Below, piece after piece: positions 27,240 through 36,474 of a stretch of DNA of 64,000 nt (its first letter is position 1; every line of letters begins with the position of its first letter). The notes under the pieces are model-generated. The model was not told the origin of the DNA. It did no database searches and saw only the letters and a program-made list of their open reading frames with translations. This DNA comes from a virus (taxonomy: Duplodnaviria > Caudoviricetes): the IMG/VR virus record IMGVR_UViG_3300044961_000667; one strand, 5' to 3'. A program made the position numbers and the translations under genes.

Positions 27240-27836
27240 TTACGAGATCCGGCTCACGAGGGTCGCGGGCCACTCCATCACGCGACCCTTGAGCTTGTGC
27301 CCTTCGCTCTCGATGCGAACCTTCAGCTTGCCGTCGACCGCCGACTCCGCCTGCACGCTCGCGCGGAGCATGGACTCCGACGTCGTCTGCGTGGCCGGCA
27401 CCGTCACCGCGACCGCCTCGCCCACCTTCCAGGGGATGTACCCCATGGTCGCGCCGGTCATCTTGGCCGCGCCGGGGACGTTGCCGACCGGCTCGTCCTC
27501 AGCAGCCCGAACGTCCGCGGAGCGACGCTCGCCGATGATCGAGCTGATCTCGCGCATCGACGACTCGAAGGCGTTCTCCTCATTCTTGTCGTCATCCTTC
27601 TTGTCGTCCTCGACGTCCTCGGCCTTCATCGCCTGGACGGCGGGCGGGTTGATGGTGCCCTGCTGCTCATCGCCAGCTGCGGTCCCAACGAGCGCGACGT
27701 CACCCGTCTTCAGCGGAATCTCGCCGATGCCGGCGTCCTCGCTGTAGCGATCGTCCTCGCTGCGGCGCTCGCTGAGAATGGAGGTCACCTCCTCCATCGT
27801 CGCCTTCGCTCGATCTTCGATCTTGGTCTGGTTCAT
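27240..27836 (-). CDS. Hypothetical acidic protein with internal repeat, candidate internal head protein
   Basis: Start ATG 27836 (ATGA overlap); MEEVTSILSERRSED and MREISSIIGERRSAD repeat. Confidence 0.55.
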   Translation of the reverse strand: MNQTKIEDRAKATMEEVTSILSERRSEDDRYSEDAGIGEIPLKTGDVALVGTAAGDEQQGTINPPAVQAMKAEDVEDDKKDDDKNEENAFESSMREISSIIGERRSADVRAAEDEPVGNVPGAAKMTGATMGYIPWKVGEAVAVTVPATQTTSESMLRASVQAESAVDGKLKVRIESEGHKLKGRVMEWPATLVSRIS

Positions 27837-28195
27837 GTCGTCCTCGTCTGGAACCCGGCCTCGACCGGGGGTGCTTCTTTGCCCTTCGGAGCCATTTCCA
27901 ACAGCGGCCTGCAGCCCTTGCACAACCCCAACACCCGCCCTCCGAACGACTTCGGCTTCAGCTTGTACATCGCTTCGCTGCCACATGCGAAGCAGCTGAC
28001 CTCGAACATCGCCTCCGTCAGCGGTCCCTTGTACTCCTTGAAGGTGCTGCCACCCATCGGCCCCCTGCACGCCTCGGTGCCGGTGCACCGCTGGAGCCCT
28101 TGATCCCGCCCCTCGTGCATTCGCACGCACATCGAGCAAACGAATCCTACCCCATCGGCACGAAGCAGCCCAATCGAGAACTCATTCAAGGGCAT
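27833..28195 (-). CDS. Cys-rich Zn-binding hypothetical protein
   Basis: CSMC, CxxxxxC, CFAC, CKGC motifs. Confidence 0.55.
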   Translation of the reverse strand: MPLNEFSIGLLRADGVGFVCSMCVRMHEGRDQGLQRCTGTEACRGPMGGSTFKEYKGPLTEAMFEVSCFACGSEAMYKLKPKSFGGRVLGLCKGCRPLLEMAPKGKEAPPVEAGFQTRTT

Positions 28196-28878
28196 CAGGA
28201 GGCTTCCATCTGCTGCCAGATCTCTTCGGGAGCCACTTCAGAGTCCTCTCGGTCACCGTGTAGGTCGCCATCCATCTCCCAGGCAACCACGAAGAAGCGC
28301 TCTCCACGCGCCGAAATCGCCTCCCACACCTCCAGCACCTTGGGCTCTCCGACGTCTCGCTGTACACCATGCCGGAACATCAACTGGGCCAGCTGGTCGT
28401 CAGGCTCATCGAGAAGCACCGCAGCCAACTCAGCAACATCTGCTCTCGACAACAGCGACTCCGTGGTGAACGACATGCCCCACGTGCCCTCGAACAGCGA
28501 CGAAAGCGAAACGAGTCCAGCGCTCTCCCGGAAGCTGATCGGAGGTGCCGCGCTGGTGCGCGCGGCGGGCTGCACCTGTCGAATGGATTCAGGCGGGAGT
28601 CCCGAGCCGGAGGCCGCCGTCGGACCATCCAGCGGATTGCCGGAATGATCGTCTGGCTGGGCCTCTCGGCTCGGCTCCTCGGCCGACTCCGCATCACCGG
28701 AGTCGGTGCCCCCTCTCCCCTCTTCTGAACCAGGCTGGCTCTGGCCGTCTTCCTGGCCTGCCTCCCTGGAGAATCTCTGCCACAGGTCGGCCATCGACCA
28801 CGGCTTGGCGTCCATCACGCGGAGCGAGCCGCCCGAGGCGTCGAACTCGTAGAGCTTCTGAAGATCGAGCAGCGTCAC
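28195..28878 (-). CDS. Hypothetical protein
   Basis: 227 aa, low-complexity middle, N-terminal LQKLYE. Confidence 0.5.
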   Translation of the reverse strand: MTLLDLQKLYEFDASGGSLRVMDAKPWSMADLWQRFSREAGQEDGQSQPGSEEGRGGTDSGDAESAEEPSREAQPDDHSGNPLDGPTAASGSGLPPESIRQVQPAARTSAAPPISFRESAGLVSLSSLFEGTWGMSFTTESLLSRADVAELAAVLLDEPDDQLAQLMFRHGVQRDVGEPKVLEVWEAISARGERFFVVAWEMDGDLHGDREDSEVAPEEIWQQMEAS

Positions 28879-29405
28879 AGCGTGTCCTCCGCGACCGGCA
28901 GAACACCAGCAGTCTTGCGCTCAGGCAAGAAGCGCTCGCGACGCTTCGCGTTCATCACGAACTGGATGGGCACAGCCCCATCGGGCTCGTACTGGTGCTC
29001 TCCGCCACCATCTCGCTGAAATGCGCGCGAGACATCGGTGGGTACGTGGGTGTCGTCTTTCACGTCTTCGAGATCGTACTGCCCGCCCCAGAACTGCAGG
29101 ACATCGCCTTCCTTCGGAATCGGCGCTCCGCGGTCTTCGAGATGTGCCCGGCTGAACCACACCTGCGTCGTCTGGATGCGCTCGCTGCCACGCTCCGAGA
29201 CGTCAATCTCTCGGTCCGGCTGCCGCACGTAGAACATGATGTCGAAGCTCTCGTACACGAACGCCTTGGGCTCGTCGTACAGCGCGTCGCTCTGCTGCGA
29301 AACGTCGAGCGAATACAGCACGCCGTCGGTGCCGGACAGCTCGATGAGATCAGCGTTGAAGCTGTCCCAGAGCGCAGTGTCGGAGCTGTCGGTCAGTCGT
29401 CCCAT
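28875..29405 (-). CDS. Head closure/neck protein (gp14/SPP1 gp16-like), apparently leaderless
   Basis: PKEGDVLQFWGGQYDLEDV motif; neck region; no SD, palindrome 3 nt upstream of ATG. Confidence 0.6.
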   Translation of the reverse strand: MGRLTDSSDTALWDSFNADLIELSGTDGVLYSLDVSQQSDALYDEPKAFVYESFDIMFYVRQPDREIDVSERGSERIQTTQVWFSRAHLEDRGAPIPKEGDVLQFWGGQYDLEDVKDDTHVPTDVSRAFQRDGGGEHQYEPDGAVPIQFVMNAKRRERFLPERKTAGVLPVAEDTL

Positions 29406-29408
29406 GGT

Positions 29409-29420
29409 GCAATCGATTGC
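29409..29420 (-). promoter_or_regulatory. Palindrome GCAATCGATTGC copy 4
   Basis: Minus strand reads TAAGGCGCAATCGATTGCACCATG. Confidence 0.7.
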
Positions 29421-29423
29421 GCC

Positions 29424-29816
29424 TTACTTCGAGAAAGCAGCCAGCTCAGTGGCCGCCTTTGAAACGCCTCCGTGCGTGAGATCCGAGAACTCTCCGTCCG
29501 AGATCCGGTTCGCCAGGTCGGCCACGATCGAGTAGTGCTTCATGCGCTTCAGCATCGCCTGCATCTTGTCGAAGTCGATGCTGCCAACGTACTTGCGCTT
29601 CTGCCAGATCCCGTACTCCAGGTTCGCGACATGGGCGAGAACGTCGACAGCGTGCTGAATGTCCGACGCGTGCTTGCCGTAGATCGACGCCAGCTCACCG
29701 AAGAACTCCAGCGCAACAGGGTCGAGGTCTCCGGCCTCCGAGAGCAGGTCCTCCGACAGCGCCCTGGCCACATCGGCGCCAAGCTCTGCCTTCACCGACT
29801 CGATCAGCGTCTTCAC
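29424..29816 (-). CDS. Hypothetical protein, candidate internal head protein
   Basis: GTG start 29816 with GTGA overlap; MKTLIESVKAELG. Confidence 0.5.
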   Translation of the reverse strand: MKTLIESVKAELGADVARALSEDLLSEAGDLDPVALEFFGELASIYGKHASDIQHAVDVLAHVANLEYGIWQKRKYVGSIDFDKMQAMLKRMKHYSIVADLANRISDGEFSDLTHGGVSKAATELAAFSK

Positions 29817-30148
29817 CTGGCCGCCTTCGCGAGCTTCTCGTACTCGCGCTGCTTCTTCGGGTTGTCCTTCTCCATCGCGTGCTTCATGTTTGCCCGCGAG
29901 CCCTTGCCGGTCGACTTCACGGCCTCTCCTCGCCCGCCGGACTTCAGGTAGCCCGAACGGCGAAGATGCGCATGGCAGATGTTCCGCGAGCCACGCGCCT
30001 TGGCCCGATCGCTTCCCGACAGCTTCTTGGAGACCGCCACCATGCAGTGGCGAACCTGGGCGCCGGTCTTGTCGGGCTTCTCCGCTCCGGAGTCGCCAGT
30101 CGTGTCCTCGAACAGTTGGTCGAGGCTGATGTACGCGCTCTCGCTCAT
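29813..30148 (-). CDS. Small basic protein, candidate internal head protein
   Basis: LDQLFED leader followed by K/R-rich body with CMVAV and NICHAH. Confidence 0.5.
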   Translation of the reverse strand: MSESAYISLDQLFEDTTGDSGAEKPDKTGAQVRHCMVAVSKKLSGSDRAKARGSRNICHAHLRRSGYLKSGGRGEAVKSTGKGSRANMKHAMEKDNPKKQREYEKLAKAAR

Positions 30149-30540
30149 CCGGAATGCCTCTCAAGATACTCGGCTGCAAGGCGAAGCACATCAGGTCGCT
30201 CCTTGAACTTCGCCAAGCCGTTGTTGCAGAAGTCGCAGAGCAACGAACGGAGCTTCCCAGTCTTGTGATCGTGGTCTACCGAGAAGAACTTCTTGTTCGC
30301 CCCTGGGTCGCCTGACCCACAAATCGCGCAGACGCCTCCCTGTGCCGCGAGCATCGTCTCGTACTGCTGGTGAGTGATGCCGTACCGACGCCGCAGGTTC
30401 CAGTTGCGGAAGTACATCGGATCTTCAGCCTGCCGCTTGGCAGACTTCGCACGAACCTTGGCAGCGTTTCGCGCGTAGTACGCCCTCTCGGCCACCCTCG
30501 CCCGCTCTCGCTTTTCGCTTTGAAGGATCGCAGTTCGCAT
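30145..30540 (-). CDS. Free-standing HNH endonuclease, endonuclease VII family
   Basis: RYGITHQQYETMLAAQGGVCAICG...VDHDHKTGKLRSLLCDFCNNGL. Confidence 0.92.
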   Translation of the reverse strand: MRTAILQSEKRERARVAERAYYARNAAKVRAKSAKRQAEDPMYFRNWNLRRRYGITHQQYETMLAAQGGVCAICGSGDPGANKKFFSVDHDHKTGKLRSLLCDFCNNGLAKFKERPDVLRLAAEYLERHSG

Positions 30541-30542
30541 CT

Positions 30543-31265
30543 CTACCCCGTGATGATCCCCATGGGGAAGCCGAGTCCGACGATCTCCTCCTGCAACGCC
30601 TCCAGCTCTTCCTTCGCCTCCTGCTTCAGCGTCTCGCCGTCGAGCTTCTTGTCTCCGCCGGCCAGCGGATAGCTGTCGAACTTCGAGCGCAGGTACCCGA
30701 GCCGCATCTTGGCCCTGGCGAAGGTGTACCTGCGAATCAGCTCCTCGTCCCGCGGGTCCAGGGAGGAGATGTCGACCGTCGCCGACTTGTACGAGATGAG
30801 CGCCGAGTACGAGCCCTTCTGAACCGGGAAGATCCTCAGCTTGTGGCTGTCGCGATCGAACTCGTAGTCGACGTCCGACGACATCACGCGCTTCACCATG
30901 TCGACGTAGCTGATGGTCTGCGCGAACGTCGAGTACACGCCACCTGCCTGCGGAACTCGGAACAGGTCGTAAGGGATCGACTCGTCGAGGAAGTTGAACG
31001 AGGTGAACAGCACTCGCAGGTCGACCGCAGAAACGCCCGGCGCGATGCTCAGGACATCGTTCACATCGTTCGGCAGCGTGTACTCGCTCTGGCCGGCGAT
31101 GACCGCGAGGGTCATCTCCTTGTTGGTGCCCTTCCAGTTCGCGAACCATCGCTTCGCGTCAGCGATCGAATCGTCAAGCTGATCCTCGGTCAGCTCCACG
31201 CGCTGCGTGGGGAAACCGAGCGTCCTCTTGACCCATCCCTTCAGTTCGGTCTCGTTGACGGCCAT
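30543..31265 (-). CDS. Neck/head-tail adaptor (T4 gp13-like)
   Basis: VELTEDQLDDSIADAKRWF; IRRYTFARAKMRLGYLRSKF; LDGETLKQEAKEE. Confidence 0.8.
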   Translation of the reverse strand: MAVNETELKGWVKRTLGFPTQRVELTEDQLDDSIADAKRWFANWKGTNKEMTLAVIAGQSEYTLPNDVNDVLSIAPGVSAVDLRVLFTSFNFLDESIPYDLFRVPQAGGVYSTFAQTISYVDMVKRVMSSDVDYEFDRDSHKLRIFPVQKGSYSALISYKSATVDISSLDPRDEELIRRYTFARAKMRLGYLRSKFDSYPLAGGDKKLDGETLKQEAKEELEALQEEIVGLGFPMGIITG

Positions 31266-31306
31266 GGTCGTTCAGCTCCCAGACTACGCTTCCTGAAGCT
31301 GAGCGA

Positions 31307-31678
31307 CTACCGCTTGGACTTGCCCTTCGACGCGCCAGCCGACGTGCCGGCGATGCTCTCCGAGGTCGTCCCCTTGCTCACCGGGGGAGCGGGCGGCGCG
31401 GGCGGCGGAGTCGGCGCGGCCGGCTTCGTCTCGACGGGCGGAGCCGCCGACGTGTCGCCCTCGGCGATGATCTTCACGTTCGAGCCGGACTGGGAGTCGG
31501 TCAGCAGCTGCGGGGCTGCCTTCACCGGTTCCTGGACCGTCTTCACTTCGATCAGCCCGAGCAGCGGGGCGTTCTTGGCCCACTGATCGCCTTCGATGAT
31601 CTCGTTGTCCCGGAGCACTCGCCCTGACGGCAGCATCACCGTTCCGAAGCTCGGGTTCTTCATCCACTTGCGCGCCAT
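31307..31678 (-). CDS. Hypothetical protein with Pro/Ala-rich tail
   Basis: ATG 31678 with SD AAGGAG, downstream of capsid terminator. Confidence 0.55.
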   Translation of the reverse strand: MARKWMKNPSFGTVMLPSGRVLRDNEIIEGDQWAKNAPLLGLIEVKTVQEPVKAAPQLLTDSQSGSNVKIIAEGDTSAAPPVETKPAAPTPPPAPPAPPVSKGTTSESIAGTSAGASKGKSKR

Positions 31679-31718
31679 GACTGCTCCTTTGCGGTTACCG
31701 GCCAGACCATCTACTCCA

Positions 31719-31765
31719 GAAACACAACGGGGAGGAGGAGAGGCGAAAGCCTTCCCTCCTCCCCG
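31719..31765 (-). terminator. Intrinsic terminator after the major capsid gene
   Basis: CGGGGAGG...CCTCCCCG long stem with inner GGCGAAAGCC; TTGTGTTT follows on the minus strand. Confidence 0.7.
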
Positions 31766-31788
31766 CTCTGAAAGACTTCGGCGATGGC

Positions 31789-33240
31789 TTACAGGTTGAC
31801 GACGTTCACCTGGCCGTAGAACTCGCTGCGCAGCACCTTCTTGGCGTAGCGGGTGCGCATGCCCTTCCGGAACGAGAAGTCGCCCGGATCGAGGAACGTC
31901 GGGGTGACCTGCAGGGGCACGAACGGCGCCCAGGCGTAGCCGGCGTCGAGGAACGACGGCATCTTCAGGCCCACGAGGATCTTGCCCTTGTAGGTCGGGT
32001 ACCGCGTGTCGAAGAACGGGTCCTTGTAGACCATCCACTTCTTCTGGAGCACGCCGGCCTTCACGATGCCGTAGTTGAACGCGTACTCCTTCGGGTCCTC
32101 GCTCACGAACGTGGGCAGAGTCTCCAGGAGGGCCACCACCTCGGGCGAGGTGATCAGGAAGTTGCCCGGCGCACGCAGGGTCTTCTTGTGGATCAGGTTC
32201 GACACGGTCGCCAGCGGCGTCACGATGTCGCGCAGGTGGTCCTGCTCGCTGATGCCGGCCGGCACGTTGCGGTCGAACGACGCCACCGAGCCCGTCGAGA
32301 CGCTGACGAGGTCGTTGATGATCTCGCGGTCGAGTTCGAGCGCGATCTCCTGGGCGATGCCGCCGACCAGCTCGGTCTCCGCGTCGAGACCGTGGAACGC
32401 GCGGAGGTCATCGGCGGCCTCGCTGCTCCACAGCGCCTTCAGCTTGCGGGTCGTGGCGCGGATCTCCTGGAGCTGGATGTCCAGGTTGATCTGGGGCACC
32501 GAGCTGTTGTTCTCGGTGTTGTAGGTGTAGTCGATCGTCACCCGCGTGCCGAGGTCAGGGGCGTTGGCCGCCTGGAACGTCACGCTGAAGGCGCCCGACG
32601 TGAAGTTGATCGAGCCGGCCGCGATGCCGCCACCGGCCGCGAACGTGCCGTCACCGTCGACGTCAGGGTTGACCGACTTGGCCACGGAGCCCGTGGTCCA
32701 GTTCACGACGAGCGTGCCCGACTTGATCGGGAGCCACGAAGCCGTGCCGGTGAAGGGCCCGAGCGACGCGCCGTCGCCGGCCGCGCCGATCGCCTCGGCC
32801 GTCACGTTCTCGGACGAGTAGTCGAGGTCGAACTTCTGGACGAGGTTGTCGCCCGCGGTGATGCGGCCCTTCGTCGAGCCGTACTTGTACTCGAAGAAGA
32901 AGACCGCGCCGACCGGTGCCGTCATCGGCTGCACCGACACGATGTCGTTGGCGATCAGGTTCGGGAAGACCCGGCGGAGGATCGGGAAGATGAACTTGGT
33001 GAACGGGCCGACGTTGGCCGCACGCGTGTCCTCGGTGAGAGAACGGAGATGCTCCATCTCGTTCTCCAGCAGGATCGCCGTGACCGCGGCACGGTGACGA
33101 CCGGCCTGGGTCTTGGTGTCGATGCCTTCCAGCATCGGACCCCACTTCTTGCTCAGCATGCGGACGTAGCTCTCGTCCGCGATCGTGCGCTTGGCTTCAC
33201 CGTTCTCCATCAGCTGCCGCGCCGTGTTCGGGTTTCCCAT
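31789..33240 (-). CDS. Major capsid protein, T4 gp23-like
   Basis: VQPMTAPVGAVFFFEYKY; ATTRKLKALWS; ELDREII; GYAWAPFVPLQ; FSFRKGMRTRY. Confidence 0.97.
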   Translation of the reverse strand: MGNPNTARQLMENGEAKRTIADESYVRMLSKKWGPMLEGIDTKTQAGRHRAAVTAILLENEMEHLRSLTEDTRAANVGPFTKFIFPILRRVFPNLIANDIVSVQPMTAPVGAVFFFEYKYGSTKGRITAGDNLVQKFDLDYSSENVTAEAIGAAGDGASLGPFTGTASWLPIKSGTLVVNWTTGSVAKSVNPDVDGDGTFAAGGGIAAGSINFTSGAFSVTFQAANAPDLGTRVTIDYTYNTENNSSVPQINLDIQLQEIRATTRKLKALWSSEAADDLRAFHGLDAETELVGGIAQEIALELDREIINDLVSVSTGSVASFDRNVPAGISEQDHLRDIVTPLATVSNLIHKKTLRAPGNFLITSPEVVALLETLPTFVSEDPKEYAFNYGIVKAGVLQKKWMVYKDPFFDTRYPTYKGKILVGLKMPSFLDAGYAWAPFVPLQVTPTFLDPGDFSFRKGMRTRYAKKVLRSEFYGQVNVVNL

Positions 33241-33334
33241 GGTGTTCCTCGTGCTCCGTGCTTCAGTCTCGGGGCTTCATGCCCTCTGACAGGTTGTTGG
33301 ACTGCGTCAGACTACAGGTTCCTGACTCCCAGCG

Positions 33335-34900
33335 CTACTTCCGCACGCCGGAGAGCGCGAGGATCTCTTCCATCTGCATCTTGCCGCCGAACTCGGGCGG
33401 GAGGTCGCCCAGGAGGGCCGACCCGGCCTGGCGCGAAGGCGCCGAGCCGTTCTTGTTCTCGGTGAGCTGCTCACGCGCACGGCCCAGGCGCTTGCGGATG
33501 CGCTCGGCCTCGTCGTCGCTGCGCGACGCCATGCGGTTGGCGATCGACTCGTACAGCGAATCGACCTCTTCCTTGTTCTGGGGGCGCTTCGACTCGATGA
33601 GCTGCACGATCTCCTTCGCCCGCGCGTGACCACGCGTCTTGCGCTCGACGTAGAGCGCCACGGCGACGTCACGACCGACCTGCAGCGACTCGGAGAGCGA
33701 CTTCTGGAGCTTGGCCTTCTCCTCCTTCAGCTTCTCGACCTCGCCCTTCTGCACGCTCTCGACCTTCACGGCCTTGGCGATCTCCTGCGAGACGGCCTCC
33801 ACCTTCGCGTCGATCGCCTTCACCGACTCGTACTGGCGGACGTCGCCGACCAGCTTCGCGATGGTCTCGGCCTTCGCCTCGCTCTTCAGGCGGCGCTCCA
33901 GGTGCAGCTTGTACGCGGCCTCCTTCGCCACGTCGCACATGCGCCCGAGCTGCTCCTCCAGGCCCTTGATGCGGAGGTTCGCCTCCGACACCTGGGTCTG
34001 GAGCTTGCCGATCTCCTCGTCCTTCTGGGACGCGACCTTCTGCACGTCCTCCGGCAGGGCCACGAGACCGAGGGCCGACTTCACCTGGTCGAGGGCGAGG
34101 CGGGCGCCGGCGATGGTCGGGTCGGACATCACGGCCGCCTTCGCCTCCTCGAACGCCTTCGCCTTCAGGTCGGCGACGGCCTGGACCATCTCCGACTTCA
34201 TCGACGACTTGAGTGCATCCAGCGCGGAGGACTGCTCCGCCTTGACCGCCGAGGCGATGGCCTCGTACGCAGACGGGTTCGCCTTCTTCAGGTCCTCGGC
34301 GGTGATCTTGGTCAGGTCCATGTCGTCGTTCTCCTGCTGCGGGCTGCGCGGGCCGACCGCAGAGCGGCTTTCCGCGTGAATGCTGGGGTACGAGGTCGTG
34401 TTCGCCGGCTCGGCGACAAAATCGAACGTCATCAGCCGGTAGTCTTCCTGGACGACCTCAACTCCATCAGGTCCAGGCGACGTGGTTCCGTAACCGCGGC
34501 TCGACACGCCAACGGCTCCGCCACCCTTCAGGATGGCCTTCAGGTTGCGACCGGCGTCGGTGTCGAGAATCTCGGCCTCGCCGATGACGACGTCGCCTTC
34601 CAGCTCCAGGCTGGTCAGCAGGTGACTCACCCGCGACAGCTTCGTGCGACCATCGTTCGGGTGATCGACCTCGCCGAAGACCTTGCGCTCCGAGAGAGCA
34701 CCCCGGAGCGACTCGATCTCACGCTCCCAGAGCGAGCGCGGGTACATGCGCTTGTTCTCGGTCGCCACGTCGGCGCGAGCGAACTCGCCACGAGCGGTGA
34801 TCTTCTTGCCGTCAGCGGACTCGGTGAGCTGCCACTTGACGAGGCCACCACCCGAGCCGGGGACGTGAATCAGTCTGTCGATGATGAGCTGCTTGTTCAT
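33335..34900 (-). CDS. Prohead protease (T4 gp21-like) fused to coiled-coil scaffold
   Basis: ENKRMYP; GEVDHP; GVSSRGYG; TFDFVAEPA; about 300 aa coiled-coil C-terminus. Confidence 0.93.
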   Translation of the reverse strand: MNKQLIIDRLIHVPGSGGGLVKWQLTESADGKKITARGEFARADVATENKRMYPRSLWEREIESLRGALSERKVFGEVDHPNDGRTKLSRVSHLLTSLELEGDVVIGEAEILDTDAGRNLKAILKGGGAVGVSSRGYGTTSPGPDGVEVVQEDYRLMTFDFVAEPANTTSYPSIHAESRSAVGPRSPQQENDDMDLTKITAEDLKKANPSAYEAIASAVKAEQSSALDALKSSMKSEMVQAVADLKAKAFEEAKAAVMSDPTIAGARLALDQVKSALGLVALPEDVQKVASQKDEEIGKLQTQVSEANLRIKGLEEQLGRMCDVAKEAAYKLHLERRLKSEAKAETIAKLVGDVRQYESVKAIDAKVEAVSQEIAKAVKVESVQKGEVEKLKEEKAKLQKSLSESLQVGRDVAVALYVERKTRGHARAKEIVQLIESKRPQNKEEVDSLYESIANRMASRSDDEAERIRKRLGRAREQLTENKNGSAPSRQAGSALLGDLPPEFGGKMQMEEILALSGVRK

Positions 34901-35109
34901 CAGAGTCCCAGCTTCGGTGGCGACAACAGCCTCTTCAGTGATGCACCCATCGGCTTCTTCTTGTGCTTCCGGCCGACGATCTTCTTCCTGCCCTGGTACC
35001 CGATGATCTCCTTGCGTCCGCTCGGGTACTTCGACCTTCTCTCACGCGGGTTCTCCGCCAGCTGGGACTTCAGTCCTTCCACCAGCCGGCGGAGATTGGC
35101 CGCGTTCAC
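34900..35109 (-). CDS. Small basic prohead core protein
   Basis: 69 aa K/R-rich with LRRLVEG leader, upstream of protease as T4 gp68 is. Confidence 0.5.
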   Translation of the reverse strand: MNAANLRRLVEGLKSQLAENPRERRSKYPSGRKEIIGYQGRKKIVGRKHKKKPMGASLKRLLSPPKLGL

Positions 35110-35112
35110 GGA

Positions 35113-36447
35113 TTACCTCCGGACGGCCGTGAACTTCGGCTTCACCGACTCCTGCGTCTTCGAGTAGTCGTCGAGCGCCGCGGTGAGCGCACGCATCATC
35201 TCCTTGATGGTCGCCTCGTCCTCGCCATCGGAGGGCTCATCGCCCTCGTTGCCCATGCCGGGCACCGACGGGGGCGCGACCGGAGTGCCAGGGGCCGCGA
35301 GATCCGCGCCCGGCACCGGGTCCATGCCGTCTTCGTCGGCCATGCCCTCGTCGTCGTCCTCGTCATCCGACGCGAACGGGTTCTCGTCGTCCTCGTCCGT
35401 GGTCTCCGACTCGTCGTCGTCGCCCTCGGCCTCGCCCATGTCTTCCTCGTCATCGGCGTCGCCGTCGTCGTCCTCGCCGACGTAGCCGTCGAGGTCGTCA
35501 CGCAGGTCGGGGTCGATCCAGTCCGGCTCGTCGCCGGTCGGCGTGGGGCCACCAGCCGGCTTGCCCTTGCCGATGTCGCCGGAGGGGTTCTCCAGGTCGA
35601 TGTCCTCGGCCGTCATGTCCTCGGGCGTCGACATGTCCTCGGGGCCGCCGTCGGTGCCGCGGGGAGTCGCCTCGCCCGGACGCTTGCCCTTGCCGATGTC
35701 GCCCGACGGGTTCTCCAGGTCGGTCTCGCCCTCGGCCGACGAGTCGTGCGGGTTCGGGTTGGCGGGGATCGAGCCCTCGTCGCCCGAGCCGTCATCGAGC
35801 GCCCCCGGATCCGGCAGCTCGTACGCGGTGGTCGAGCGGGCGTCCGCGGCCGGAACGTCCTCGGCCAGGCCGAGGTTGCGGAAGTGCTTCACCGCCTCGG
35901 CCTTCATCTTGCGCAGCATGACCGCGATCGACTCGTTCTTCGCGCCACCGCGCTTCTCGTACCGGCGGGCGAGCAGCTCCGACACCTCCGCGACGTTCTT
36001 GAACGCGCGGCGGTACTGCTGGCGCTTCGACTCGCCGAGCTTCCGCCCGTACGCGCCGGCGACCAGCGTCTGGATGTCCTCCACGAGACCGGCGATGCCG
36101 GTCTTCTTCTGGAAGGAGCCCGTCTTGGCCTCGCCGTACATGCGGAGCCACTTGTTGCCGGCGGTGCCCTTCACGCCCTCGCGCAGCTTCGTCTTGTTGC
36201 GGCGCACGGCCTCCATGCGGGCCTTGCGGGCGCGAGCCTCGGCGACGGCCTTCTTGGACGGCTTCGTGTTCGCACGAGCACGGCTCTCGTTGAGCTGTGC
36301 CGCCGTGTGAACGGCGTTGCCCAGAACAGGGGTCACACCCTCGGTGTTCCGGGAGAGATCTCCCATCGAGAGCCCCAGGTCCTGCAGGTCCTCATGGAGA
36401 GACCGGAGCGCGGCCTTCTTCTGCTTGTTGCTCGGGGAGAAACTCAT
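35113..36447 (-). CDS. Prohead core/scaffold-like protein with basic N-half and very acidic repeat C-half
   Basis: 444 aa; D/E-rich tract; DLENPSGDIGKGK twice. Confidence 0.65.
   Translation of the reverse strand: MSFSPSNKQKKAALRSLHEDLQDLGLSMGDLSRNTEGVTPVLGNAVHTAAQLNESRARANTKPSKKAVAEARARKARMEAVRRNKTKLREGVKGTAGNKWLRMYGEAKTGSFQKKTGIAGLVEDIQTLVAGAYGRKLGESKRQQYRRAFKNVAEVSELLARRYEKRGGAKNESIAVMLRKMKAEAVKHFRNLGLAEDVPAADARSTTAYELPDPGALDDGSGDEGSIPANPNPHDSSAEGETDLENPSGDIGKGKRPGEATPRGTDGGPEDMSTPEDMTAEDIDLENPSGDIGKGKPAGGPTPTGDEPDWIDPDLRDDLDGYVGEDDDGDADDEEDMGEAEGDDDESETTDEDDENPFASDDEDDDEGMADEDGMDPVPGADLAAPGTPVAPPSVPGMGNEGDEPSDGEDEATIKEMMRALTAALDDYSKTQESVKPKFTAVRR
35560..35722. repeat. 40-bp direct repeat pair in core protein gene
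   Basis: 35560-35599 and 35683-35722, 38/40 identical, encoding DLENPSGDIGKGK. Confidence 0.85.
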
Positions 36448-36474
36448 CGGTTCTTTCCTCCAGGAACTGCGTCT

